A DNA stretch of 64,000 nucleotides from Octopus sinensis (lineage: Eukaryota). Below the pieces are notes generated by a model that was given only the letters and a program-made list of their open reading frames with translations, ran no database searches and was not told the DNA's origin. Shown here piece after piece: positions 12,546 through 25,163 of this stretch. Positions within the stretch are counted from its first letter, which is position 1, and every line of letters starts with the position of its first letter. The DNA is taken from the NCBI RefSeq assembly GCF_006345805.1, contig NC_042998.1:43710001-43774000 (forward strand). The letters run 5' to 3'. The position numbers were made by a program, and so were the translations under genes.

Positions 12546-12830
12546 ATTATTGTTCCCTGTTTGAGAAATATATGAAGAATTTCCTTTGTTACATAAAAAG
12601 AAAATAGGTGTAGCTTCTTAGACATCCAGTAAAATGCTGAAGGTTATGAAATGCCGCGTGGGGATGCCTTAATATTTACATCTTCTATCATTGCTATTCT
12701 CTGGAAAATGCCTTTGTATATTCTGATCGGTAATGTTGCAATCTTGTCAATTTCTGTATAGAAATGGTTGTCTAGCATTCCAGTTGTGTCAGTTACTCAC
12801 AGAATGACGAATACATTCGTTAAATACCTT
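12130..12830 (-). pseudogene. Possible very old LINE AP-endonuclease remnant split by a (CTT)n tract
   Basis: Manual translation gives DNHFYTEIDKIATLP..MIEDVNIK and KTIW..YSRNIF..KYTDTDIVHVIP, loosely following APE motifs FYxxL..GDFNAK and TW..YPGADI.SDH.P. Confidence 0.22.
12390..12546. repeat. (CTT)n/(CCT)n polypyrimidine microsatellite
   Basis: Direct reading; source of the poly-R/S/L ORFs. Confidence 0.95.
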
Positions 12831-14089
12831 GATATATTTAGTTCAACTGCTGATTCGCTCTAATTCTTTAGGTTTCCCGGCCACTTTTGCAAAATCTGAT
12901 TGTCATTTGCTGTTGCTGTGCCATACGTTAGTACACTATTGTCATTCTAGTAACAGAGAAATATGTTTATGTTATCATGTACTATCCGCTGATTTAAAGT
13001 CTAGTGTGCAACTAAACACTTCATATATGCCAACATAAAGATACCTAACGATAATAAACACCATACAGCAACAGAAACAGTTTTTGAGGGTGGATAGGAG
13101 TGAGAGTGGAAAGTTTAATCAGAGCAAGTTGACCCCTCTGTTGAGGACTCGACTAACGGAAGTGCACAGGCCGACATACTCTTTAGTTATGCCCTTTGAA
13201 TGAAGTTACGTGCATAACTTGCATATACGAGTATACGTATGATGCGCGGAATGTTTCCAGTCATCTCTGTTTAGTTTTCAATGTAAACACCCTCCGCTCT
13301 CTTCGCTACACTCTGACATCACTCTCTTATGTTGATTCACAATGATGCAATGTTGTGGAGTCGAATGTTTTCCTGCTGACATTCAATCAGTGTAACAACG
13401 TTTCAGAGATATTTTACATTGTTTAGGTCTATATTAGTATTAAAGATTGGTTTCTAAAAACAGGCGCAAACAAAGTAGTTTACTTACGTTGTTATTCCAC
13501 AAAATATATTCTATTGCTGAAAATGTTGCATATTCTGACAAACGAGGGCACTGATTCAAAACGTTTGCTTACTATATTTTAGAAATTACAGATATTCCTC
13601 TAAATATTCCCGTTATTGGTAGTCTACAACTAAATGATAAATGTCCTTGCGACTTCTGACGCATTCGTGTTGCTGTCAGTTTTTATTGATATATGTTTGC
13701 AAATTTAGCTGTCGTATAACGACACTACTTTATTGCTATTCCTTATGATCGTCAGATGTGCGATTTTTAAGACCATTTCAGCTGTTGCGTTAGTTTTTGT
13801 TAACAATTCGAAATATGATTAATTTCTTGTAGCGATAGTCCACTTAGAATATTTTTATTAGTAAATTTTATTTCGCCTCGTTTTATTGTCGAACCAATCA
13901 TATAGCTGTGTAGTTAGCTTTATGTTCTGTTTATGTCTAATTCTTAGAGTTCAGAGTGTATAGTTAGTTGCTTAAAATAATACAACTATCATAGACAAGT
14001 AAGTATGGTTTGGTAACACGCCCCATGTTTTTGTTAAATGCTTTAGATGGCTATACAATCGCGTGCAGGAGCTCGAAATCTCACATTAC

Positions 14090-14287
14090 CCTCACTTTGA
14101 CCCAGTGACACTTGGAAAGAAAGAGCCGTACCGCTAGCTAAGAGGTACTCTACCAAATAGAGTAAACTGGGGGTAACGGGAGATGAAGTACCTTACTCAA
14201 GAACATAACGTGTTGGTCAGACCAGGAATCTAACCATCGGTCTTAGGATCATGGGGCAAAAACCTTAACCACAAAACCAGGCACATT
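14090..14287 (-). mobile_element. Eroded SINE family C-like copy
   Basis: Reverse complement reads tRNA-like head gtggttaagg..ggttagattcctggtc then gttcttgagtaaggtacttcat, like the family C core. Confidence 0.45.
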
Positions 14288-15139
14288 CACTTATCTGCTT
14301 AACTGTTTCTTATTCCCTATAAACCTGTTATTATGGGGTGTGTTTATGTTTTCAGTGCTATCCCATATTCTGGATATCTATTTCTATGTCTTTTTGCTTC
14401 TTCATTTCTTTTTACTATATGTTGAGGCCTGTCTGATTTAATAAAGTAATTAATGGACATTTTTTGTCTTCACTAGCCTAAGTGACAATAACAGCTGAAC
14501 GAAATGCTTTAATCACAATTTCTAAATGAATCAGTATGTTGTAGAGCATAAACTATTTGTCATTCTCTGAAATCTTTCGTTGCGTGATCATATGTCTTTT
14601 TGCTTGTTGTTACATAATGTTTGCATACCGTCCAGCGTTTGAAAATTACATTTATCAAACGTATGTACACATGCATGTCAGCATAGTTATGCATATATAT
14701 ATATATATTTGGACATGGATAGATAGATAGATAGATATGCCCTGCTTTTGTTAAGACTTCATAACGAAAACCAGTGTGATTTACTGTTCTTTACAGCCTC
14801 AACATATTCAGCATTTATATCTATTTAACTGAGTGAGTTTTGGGAAGGGGTTGGTGCCGTGTCATGTTGAAAAACTCATTCGACTTGGCATCCCGTTCTC
14901 TACTTTTCAGTTGCTACTGATTTATTTCTTGATCCACCAACCTTTTTTTGTGAAAGGGCGTAGTTAGAAGAGAAAGGGAAGCATTCATCATTCATTTCAA
15001 AGTCTCGGAGGACTAGTAGTAGAAAGAAATGACAAAATTAGCTTCAGAACTAAAATGATTACTACTGATTTATTTTTGCAAAATGCATTTAAAGCAAGTC
15101 GCAGTGTTAAACTGAACCACTGATTTGGTCAACATTGAT

Positions 15140-15415
15140 TAGGCATGCCTCTGCAGACAAGAAGTTTACTTTGCAGCCATGTAGTTTTGTGTTCAGTCCC
15201 ATTGCAAGTTTCTTCTACTGCAGCTCTTGAATTTGGTAGATGGAAAAGGTGTGGAAGCTCGTCATATATGTGCGTGTGTGTGCATACGTGTGTGTGTGTA
15301 TACGTGTGTGTGTATTTGTGCCTTTATTTTCCTTCGCCACTTGACAACCGAGGCTAGTTTACAACCCCGTAACTTAGCAATTCGGCAAAAATAGTACCAG
15401 ACTTAAAAAATTAGA
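15140..15415 (+). mobile_element. Eroded SINE family B
   Basis: gttcagtcccattgcaag..tttggtagatggaaa..(GT)n..cttgacaaccga..gtaacttagcaattcggcaaaa. Confidence 0.55.
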
Positions 15416-16416
15416 ATTGTTCATGTAAAAGAAAGCACCTTACTTCATCAGTATTGTCGAGTATGGGCGAAATATAAGTTTTCTCACCAATGTATTATTG
15501 CATTTTATAATCACATTTTCAGTTCAGTTTTCAGTACTTTAAAAATATCTAATGTTATTAGTCCATCTTTCTCATAGCTTTATGTTACAAGATTCCTAAT
15601 TTTGTATTTTTGACTTCCCTTAAAATGGGAAACAGTTCTGTTTTGTTCATGTTTTGTCACTGTTTGTATTTGTTCTCTTTGCTTCCTTACTGTATATTTC
15701 CATAGAATGACAGTTTATGTGTTCGCCATGGTACTGTTTGTTTTCAACTTACTGAATATTCCTACGTCTCTATATTCCTAATAAATATAATCTTCTTTTC
15801 GTCTTCGTGTTGTATTCTAAATCAATTATTTTTTTCTTATTTGTCATCCTTAGTCTTACTCATTCACTTAGACTATATTAAGAGACTATTTTAACAGCAT
15901 ACTGCTAGAACACATGAAATATTCATATGTTCAACCATATTTTTATGTAGCAATGTTTTAAGTATTCAATTAATGCATCTAAATTATTGCTACCTACCAT
16001 TCTCTTGCATTTGTGCGGGTTGTCCTAGTTTTAGTTAATTAATTTTTATGTATTTTAAAGATGGATTGGTCTAATTATCTCTCTGTTTCATTATCTAATA
16101 TATTGGAGAGTATAATTAATTCTGCATTGGCCAACTTTTCTAAATCGAATTGCATTTAACTCTCTTTACTGAATCCGTCTGTTATTAGGCAACAGGTTTT
16201 CTGTTTGTTTACATCAACAGACAACGTTAGGTCATCTACGTAGAGCACATGGATTATTGCCATCTTATAGCGTTATATTCTGTATCCAGTCTCATTTAAT
16301 AATTTTTCTTATGATCATGATCATAATCATGATGTGATAATGATCGCTGTCGTCGGCATTATTTATATAATAAAGGGCCATAGGTGGCAAAATCGGTGCC
16401 AAACAAGATGTCTTGT

Positions 16417-16550
16417 AAACAAGAATAAAAGAATATATATATATATATAGGAAACTCTACTTCGTTGGTATTTGATATCTAAGAATACTTTGATATCAAA
16501 TACCAACGAAGTAGAGTTTCCTATATATATATATTCTTTTATTCTTGTTT
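16417..16550. repeat. Near-perfect inverted repeat (hairpin) with 12-nt spacer
   Basis: Unique 30-bp arms 16450-16479 and 16492-16521 are perfectly complementary. Pairing extends through (AT)n and aaacaagaataaaagaat. Confidence 0.95.
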
Positions 16551-16765
16551 TCTTTGACTTGTTTAAGTCATTTGCCTGCGGCCATGCTGGAGCACCGCCT
16601 TTTAGTCGAGCAAATCGAACCCAGGGCTTATTCTTTGTAAACCTAGTACTTATGCTATCTGTCACTTTTGTCGAACCGGTAAGTTACGGGGACGTAAACG
16701 GACCAGTATCGATTGTCAAGCGATGCTGAGTGGAGGGGAACACAGACACACTAACATATACACAC
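16536..16765 (-). mobile_element. SINE family B, 3' half
   Basis: gtcatttgcctgcggccatgctggagcaccgcc..tcgaaccggtaagttacggggacgtaaac. Confidence 0.85.
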
Positions 16766-17866
16766 GCATATATATGTATATATACACCATCAACATACGG
16801 AGATATCCACCAGTATATTAGTGCAGTCCACAGTAAGCACGACTTCAGTAATTAATAGTAGATTACCCAGAAAAGCTTATACTGTTTTAGGCAAATATGT
16901 TTTCGCATCCTTAACCAACTTAATATGGACACAATTCTCGATTTATATCCCTCCTATTTATGGTTTTCATAGATTCTGAGCCTCCTAAATATCACTGTTT
17001 TTTTTCTCAACAATACTCATATTAATTACGCAGTGTTTCGTATGGAGAAAGCTTGCAATATTTGAAAAGAGGACGGGCAGATTGAAAGCATGCGAAATTT
17101 GAAAAGGGGGGCGGACAAATTGTCATGTTTAATGAAATTAGGATGGCTTTGACCCTTTGCCTGTCCAAAGCATTTTCATAAGCTTCTCCTAAAGGTTCCT
17201 TTACTTATTTGACTCTTATTTGACCTTTGTTTCATGCGTTCAGAGTTTTTATATTCTAAGTCTCGAGTTAATCTGATTGTTGAAAAAAGAAACAATAAGA
17301 ATGTGTATCATATACGGTGCATAGGCGCCAGGGAAATATTTCCTATGTGTCGCACGTGATACATAAGACGGGTAAAGTCTTACATCTTTAAAAAATTTGT
17401 CGCATATCATTAATACCATAGCGACGGGGGTGGGTGGGTGAGGGTGACGAATGAAGTGAATACCAATATTATTCTCTTTTCGTTAATACTTTATTTACGG
17501 AAAAATGATGTGGATAAAAAAAGTTTTCCCTGATATCTTTTTATTGAATAGGATATGTCAATTGAAGAAACACTGATTTGAAGTTCATCACATACGTGTT
17601 TGCCTTTGATGACAATGTTTGGCCGGTTCACAGCCATGTTGTTTTTTCATCTATATCAATATCTATATCAATTTCCCAAGGGATTGTTATTTCATGTTTT
17701 TCCAATACTTTCTTTCGCAGCGAGATTATTGGAAATAGTTATTTTGCTAGTGCTTGAAGATTTTCCAGTGCATATATCCAGTTGAACTAAAATTAGATCT
17801 CTCAACATAAACTTAGTAATATTTAGCTATTGACATCTTACAAACACATCACCAGTTGGGTAATAA

Positions 17867-18090
17867 GGCGGCGAGCTGGCAGAAACGTTAGCACGCCGGG
17901 CGAAATGCATAGCCGTATTTCGTCTGTCGTTCCGAGTTCAAATTCCGCCGAGGTCGACTTTGCCTTTCATCCTTTCGGAGTCGATGAATTAAGTTCCAGT
18001 TACGCACTGGGGTCGATGTAATCGACTTAATCCCTTTGTCTGTCCTTGTTTGTCCTCTCTGTGTTTAGCCCCTTGTGGGTAGTAAAGAAT
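17867..18090 (+). mobile_element. SINE family A (tRNA-like head plus Nin/Deu-domain-like core)
   Basis: ggcggcgagctggcagaaacg..gagttcaaattcc..gcctttcatcctttcggagtcgatgaattaagttccag; the core resembles the DeuSINE/Nin domain. Confidence 0.9.
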
Positions 18091-18092
18091 AT

Positions 18093-18157
<65 letters not shown>

Positions 18158-18176
18158 GCGTGTGTGTATGTATGTA

Positions 18177-18207
<31 letters not shown>

Positions 18208-19853
18208 ATGGAGAGAGAGAGGCGGGGTAGTTTTATCGACGTGAATATTGCCTAGTGGTTATTTTTGCACCACCTCTTCGGACGACCCAGGGAAGGACTG
18301 CCGTGCTCCTGCTCTCCGAAGAATAACAGTCACGCCGTCCTGAATTCGTCCGTTACGGATCTCGTCACCTCTCCATTTATCATGTCATTAAACATACATA
18401 TACATTCATTCATTCATTTACGTTTATATATACGTGGTGAGTGCTTGCGCGCGTGTGTGAACAAAGTTTTATATGTAGATCATGTGTCCATTGTACCTAC
18501 AATAATACACCTAACAAAAGAGACATTGTTCAATAATAGCCATTAATCAAGATGTGCTTTTATATATTATACACAGCATTTAATAAATTGCGTCTTAGAA
18601 AATATATATAAAGCAATTTTACTGCCTTAATGGTAATCTGTTCTAAATTACTGAAATTCTTTAAAAATATCTCTAGAAAAGTTTCTCCTTTTTACTGTTA
18701 CAGTGGTTTGTTGAAAGAAAGAATATTTCCTCGTACACTCAAATGTTCACACCAACGTATTCATAGCTACATGTCTCTACGCACACATTTAGATACGCAC
18801 TTGCGTTTAGTTGTGTCTCAGTTTACACTCTAAATATTGTAAATAGCCAGAGAAAATAGGAAACAATCGCGATGTCCTGGGGGTTACTTAAAATGAAATA
18901 ATATAAAATAATATTTAGAAATGTTCCAAAAACAAATTCCCACCACAGCCGCCACCTCAATTCTCCTCATCATCTCATCATCGTCATCCTCGCCATCTAT
19001 CTCCTCTTCCACAATATCTGAATGCATCAAAACAATACTAATGCTAATATCGTTCGTTCAATTTTAAATTATATTATTACAAAGGAAATGAAATATTATA
19101 CTCGAAAAGTAATATGGTAATACAAGGAAACGAAATCAAGATTAGTTTCATTAAACAGAGCAACACAATTTGATACGACACGGTTCATAACCTCCGGCCT
19201 CCGTCAAACGATATAACGAAACTGAAAGTCAATTTGTTTGACTTCAGGTATTTAACCTTTTAAGCTACATAATTATAATTATCACTTGCATTATTATAAC
19301 TAAAAATTTCTATTATCGTTTCTCCCGAATCTGATCTGCTTTCAACATTGTTTACGAACAAGAAATATAGAATCTATCTATGATAAAACCTCTTTGAGTA
19401 ACATGCGGATTTGTGTTAGCAAATCGGTACGAATTTATTTAAAACTTTTCCTTCACAAATGATATATTTAAAAAAATCATATGAAAGGAATTCCAAATCA
19501 TTATGTAATCTTTCACACATAAAACTTTCTTCGTAAACAAAAGGAGACTCAAATAAGAAGCAAAAGACAAGTGAATTTATCGCTGTTGTTATTTAGCACT
19601 GAAAAGGCAAATTTATGGTTAGAAGCCTTATCACTGAGATCATTTTCATCTTTTGCTTCCGCGTATAATATATCGAAGGCTACAAAATGCAATGCACCAC
19701 TCTTTTCTAGAGATGGTGGAGTGTAATTCGAGGACGAATAGGCAGATGTAGCAGTTTCAGCGACAAGTAGAAACGCTTTTCTTGTCCGGCATAAAAAATG
19801 GGGTGACTTCCACTGACAATAGGACTGACGTTTAACAAATAATAGTCAGTTCG

Positions 19854-20015
19854 GGAGTGGCTGTGTGGTAAGCACCTTGCTTACCAACCACATGGTTCCA
19901 GGTTCAGTTCCACTGCGTGACACCTTCGTCATGTGTCTTCGACTATAGCCTCAGGTTGACCAAGGCCTTGTGAGTGGGTTTGGTAGACGGAACTGAAAGA
20001 AGCCCATCGTATATT
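19854..20015 (+). mobile_element. SINE family B, 5' half
   Basis: ggagtggctgtgtggtaagc..gaactgaaagaagcccatcgtata, followed by (AT)n and then the PLE fragment. Confidence 0.88.
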
Positions 20016-20023
20016 TATGTATG

Positions 20024-20066
<43 letters not shown>

Positions 20067-20068
<2 letters not shown>

Positions 20069-20936
20069 GTAGAAATATGTTACGAAAAGAAAATATAAAA
20101 TACACGTGGAAATGCAAGGGTAAAATATGAAAAATCAACGAAAATGCATATTGCAAATAGAAAAAGGCTGTTTATGACAGGTAGTGACAAATATATACAT
20201 TTAGATTGACTGAAGTAGTAATACGAGTCATAAAGGCCATTATTATGAGATGATTATAAGATGATAATAAAGTAAGAGAATAAAACGAACCAGTAGTTTA
20301 CGCCGCGAAGGCTATTCATCGTTTGAACAACACCGGTTAATATACGGTGTCAAGTCTAATAGTTCCTGAGAAAAAAGATTATTTGTAAGGGAGGTAAGTA
20401 GTTCTGGAATTAGAGATGTGAGTGATGTAGGTAGTGTATAGGGTTTAGTGGTTTCAAATGAAGAGTTAGTGGTATTCTGTTTTGAGTTGTGTGTTCATAT
20501 TTAGTTGGGGGAGAAATTTGTTGATGAAAAATGTCTCTTTATTCAGCCTTTGTTGCATTGTGGTGTTCTGTGAGCATAGGTAAAAGGGGAATATTTGAAA
20601 ATTGGGATTAAGATTCCTGGCGCATCTTTCTATGCGTTCACTCACCTTTAACTGTCTGTATTGTGGGTGATGGATTTGCTCTTTGTGAATGGTGATTCTT
20701 TGACGGAGCGAAATTCCTGTTTGTCCAATATAGAGTTTACCACATCCTATGCTTGTCATGACATAGATTACATTTGCTGAGGCGCAGGTGAAATTTGATT
20801 TGATCTTAAATATTTCTCCTTGTTTGAATTGGAATTCTGAACCCTCCAGAAGGTGGGGGCATGTTCCACAGTTAGAACGTCCACATTTTGTCACTTTTGG
20901 CTCAGTAGTTAGTGGGTAAAGTCTAGCGCTGGTCAA
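20067..20936 (-). mobile_element. 5'-truncated Penelope-like retroelement (endonuclease plus 3' region)
   Basis: GIY-YIG ORF followed by ~400 nt of 3' sequence ending at an (AT)n tract; no RT in the window; outer boundary approximate. Confidence 0.75.
20466..20936 (-). pseudogene. PLE GIY-YIG endonuclease domain fragment, Neptune-like
   Basis: 156-aa open frame with CxxxxCxxC linker (CGRSNCGTC), FTC.S.NVIY..YIGQT..LRQR..H, and RL.KE.FFI.KF..QLN. The CCHH ligands are partly substituted (C>S, H>R). Confidence 0.9.
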
Positions 20937-20939
20937 TAT

Positions 20940-21686
20940 TCTTTTCAGTGACTTTTGTTGCTTTTTGCTTTTAAAATTAAATGAAAATTCCCAAATTTGG
21001 TGTATCGATGTAATTTTCCATGCTGAATCTCAGATTATAAAAAAAAGTTACAGAGGTTTAAATTTCGATAATTTTTACCCAGTCTGAAAATACGATTTGG
21101 AAACTGTCATTTTGTGCCTGACTGTTGCTTATTTTTTATATCAAACTATAAAGAAATGAAATATTAGCGGAATTCTGTGTTACGCACGCCATATAATCCC
21201 TCATAGCTTATTTATTTTTAAAATTTTCTGAAAAGTTTTATAAATTTGTATTCTACACACGGGAATTCATACGATTATGCAAAAAAGAAAAATAGTGCGT
21301 GATTTAAGGCCTATTTACTTGTTATTTTTTAGCACTCTCACGACCACCTCATACGTACCTCATGTGTTTTAAGCATTTAATAAGCAAAAAATTACTATAC
21401 GATGGACAGAACAGGACAGTAACAGCGTTGTAAGCAGCTTGGTAACAACTTGGCTCGTTACTATGGAAACAGGCACCTATATGTCTGTGGTTTGTGATTG
21501 GCTAGAATTAACCAAAATTTGCAAACTTTAAAATCTATTAACTCTTTATTTATTGATTTATGGTGAAAACGAATTTGAAATCAGTAATTACCATTACAAA
21601 GCTGCGTCATTATATCAAATACGAAGTCAATTGGAAAAAAACTGAAGAAATTGAAAAGTGGCAGCCAAACAGAAAACATCCCCTAA
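20940..21686. mobile_element. Non-autonomous DNA-transposon-like fragment (Kolobok/TTAA-type end suspected)
   Basis: Non-coding, MITE-like composition ending in ..aaacagaaaacatcccctaa; the opposite terminus was not found. Confidence 0.3.
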
Positions 21687-21760
21687 ATCTTCTTCGAGGA
21701 TTAAAAAAATTGTTTCCTCATTTGTTGCTTATTGACTTGATTATGGCACGCTCGCTCGCT

Positions 21761-21761
<1 letters not shown>

Positions 21762-21819
<58 letters not shown>

Positions 21820-21836
21820 TTGTGTGAGAAAGAGAT

Positions 21837-21870
<34 letters not shown>
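21762..21870. repeat. (AG)n microsatellite
   Basis: Direct reading. Confidence 0.95.
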
Positions 21871-21871
<1 letters not shown>

Positions 21872-21947
21872 AAGAATGCACGCATGTTATGCATTTCTGT
21901 AATGATTTAAGTGTATTAAAATGGGAAGACTGACATCACATTCAAAT

Positions 21948-22043
21948 CCTGTGGCTCGCTTGGCAACGGAACCTCTTTGTTATAATCTATTACATCTGTA
22001 ATAGATTATAACAAAGAGGGTCCGTTGCCAACTGAGCCACGGG
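21948..22043. repeat. ~95-nt hairpin with 44-bp stem and 2-nt loop
   Basis: Arms 21951-21994 and 21997-22040, 3 mismatches. Confidence 0.93.
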
Positions 22044-22671
22044 TGCAAGTCTTGAAATGTAATTTAACCACCTGTAAATCGAGTTGTTTATATCTGATTA
22101 GACAACATAAATACACTTCATAAACTTTCTAAATGTACCAAACTTTAATTATTATATAACAATTCCTTGTGTTATTCATATTACTTGCGTTAATTCCTTG
22201 TATTAATCTTATCTTCTAAATGAAATTCAAGAACCCAGATGACTGTATTGATATCAAGGCCTCTGATGTTTAGAACGTGAGAGAGTGTAGCGGAGGTATT
22301 CAATCAACCGTCGAGATATAGTAATCAAACATCCATTAAATCACACTCTGTCGTCATACAAAATAGACGACACAATACTCAAAAGATGGGGTATCGATGG
22401 TTGGAATACTTTTGTTCAAATGTCTGTCTAATTATGTTTGACCTGAAGCTAAACAGCTACAAATTTGAAGAAAATCAGATCCCTTAGTATAAATGGGTTA
22501 TAATAAATAGTAATTGTACACAAAATAAAAAGCTGAAAGCAACAATGGTCCACTCTCTCATTTAGTGTTGCATTGACTCAAAGGTAATGGTGGTGGATTA
22601 TTTTTATTTAGCTAGAGATATAAGAATATTTACAGAGACCTTATGAACAACCAGGATAATGGGTAAAGAAC

Positions 22672-22905
22672 CACCTCGGTCATGAATGATCATGGGAGTG
22701 CACCCAAGAAGTTCTCCTCTAATGCATATGTCCGGGCAAAGCTGTTTATAGAAGACAAGCAATCACCTATGCATATCAGTCTCCCCTCCCTACGCCATCG
22801 ATGTTGTCCAAAGGAAAGGCAAAGGCCGATACAATTTGGCATCAATGATGTCGCAACTAATTTCTACAGCTGAGTGAACTGAAGCAACGGAAAATAAAAT
22901 GTCTT
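22672..22905 (-). mobile_element. SINE family C, head truncated
   Basis: ctcggtcatgaatgatcatggg..gtccgggcaaagc..cagctgagtgaactgaagcaac. Confidence 0.8.
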
Positions 22906-22914
22906 AAATCTTGA

Positions 22915-23317
22915 ATCTTTTATCTTTTACTTGTTTCAGTCATTTGACTTCGGCCATGATGGAGTACCGGCTTTAGTCGAGCAAATCGACCCCGGGACTT
23001 ATTCTTTGTAAGCCTAGTACTTATTCTATCGGCCTGTTTTGCCGAACGGCTGAGTGACGGGTACATAAACACACCAGCATCGGTTGTCAAGCAATGCTAG
23101 GGGGACAAACACAGACACACAAATACACACACACACACATATATATATACATGTATACGAAGGACTTCTTTCAGTTTCAGTCTACCAAATTCACCCACAA
23201 GGCTTTGGTCGGCCCGAGGCTGTAGTAGAAGACATTTGCCCAAGATGCCACGCAGTGGGACTGAACTCGGAACCATGTGGTTGATAAGCAAGCTACTTAC
23301 CACACAGCCACTCCTGT
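22915..23317 (-). mobile_element. SINE family B, full length
   Basis: Complete reverse complement from tail (ttttacttgtttcagtcattt) to head (taccacacagccactcc). Confidence 0.92.
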
Positions 23318-24429
23318 GCCTATCTTGTTCACGAAAAAGAAAAAAACAAAAAAGCAAACAATGAAAACAATATAAATCATTTCAAGGTAGCATTATCCAC
23401 AGAAAAACCTCCCTCAATTCAATAAACCCACACCTCCCCTACAGATATTAAATTAGTAATAATTGCGCTCTTCTCTAAACAAAATTATTGGACCTCAATG
23501 AAGTACATAATCCACAAATCGTGCGACCGTTACCAAAATATATCACAATACTCTTACGCTCCATATTGTATTTATTTACTCCAATATGTTGCATGCGAGG
23601 AAGGTTAGTAACATCTTTACATCAAGACTATATTAAGTATCAGAATTAGCTACGTATATCAGTTACAGCAGGATATTAAAATAAAATTATTTAAAACCTG
23701 AATCTTAGAAAACTAGTAACTCTATCCCACCAATGCTTGGATGTCGCAGAAAACACAAGCTTAATATTTATGTATGGGGAGAGTCATACTGCCTTAATAT
23801 CTAACACATTCATCAGTTCAGTCTCCACTCATTTATCATTTACAATTTTTTCTTTTCCAAAATTTTCGTTGCTTTCGCAACCTTAAAGAAAGGAATTATT
23901 TTAATAACTGGTTGTCATGAAAATTGCAATTTTTAAAATATGTTTATAGGGTCGTTAGATTTAGAAACTACAAAAAATATAAATGAATGCGCTTATCCCA
24001 TATGAAAAATGTGATTCAACGGAATAGAAATTTTGTCTCGATAAACAGTTTACATCACGAAATAACTATAAAACTTGTCAGAACTTTCATATAAGGCACC
24101 GATTACATGTGCTTTATTATCTGTTTGTATTTTATTCCAATTTATATAATATAACTATTGAGTTTTCCTCTTGGATTCTGTTAACAAAGCTCTCTGTGTC
24201 TTAAATCTACTCACTGCTGTAAGAAGCCCGCTGGAACTGCTTTCAGTTGATTACAGTAATCAAGGCACGGCATTTACAATTGGCTTATTAAATAAGAAAA
24301 AATAAGAAACAGTATGAAAATATTCAATTCACTTAAGTTTACTTGAATGCCTCGATAGAGATAATATAGTTACCGTAATCAAAACATAGAATTGACCTTG
24401 ACTAACTTCAGCCTGAGGTATTATTTAAC

Positions 24430-24901
24430 ACTCTTCAGTGGATCGCACATACGAGCGCGTACACACACACAACAAACATAGATAAATGAGCAAATATATA
24501 TGCAGGTATATGTGCATATATATATCCATATATATATATATATATATATATATACACGTATATATCTCCATATATATGCGTATATATGCATATACATATT
24601 GATGTATATGTACATATGCATGTGTGTGTATGTGCATGTATGCGTTTACATGTGTGTGTATGTGTGCGAGAGCGTCTTATAAACACATGAATGTAACGCG
24701 CTTCTGAAATTCTCGTTGAAGTATTTAAATATATTGTTATTATGATCTAAAAATAAATATAAAAATCCTGCCTTTTCTATGTAATGATGTTTTAGAGCAA
24801 CTGTAATGTAAGAGGTGTGTATGTATGTGTGTGTTTGTGTGTTTCTGTGTGTACATGCACATATACGCGGGCTCGCACAAATATATATATATATATATAT
24901 A

Positions 24902-24983
<82 letters not shown>

Positions 24984-24985
24984 AG
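24430..24985. repeat. Compound (AT)/(GT)/(AG) microsatellite cluster
   Basis: Direct reading, with a short unique spacer. Confidence 0.85.
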
Positions 24986-25163
24986 ACAGACAGAAAGAGT
25001 GGGAGAGAGAAATGAATTATACGTATATACATGCATGCATTCATACATTTATACTTATACACACATACGTGCACACAGAGGTGTCAACCTTTCCCACACA
25101 TACAATAATAGAATAAAATTCTTCACTTGTCTTTCGCAAAATCATAATATATTCATCGGAATA

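Noticed and set aside
18930-19030. Short acidic peptide MHSDIVEEEIDGEDDDEMMRR on the minus strand
   Set aside because: Explained by a decayed (GAT/GAG/GGT)n repeat; no splice or homology support.
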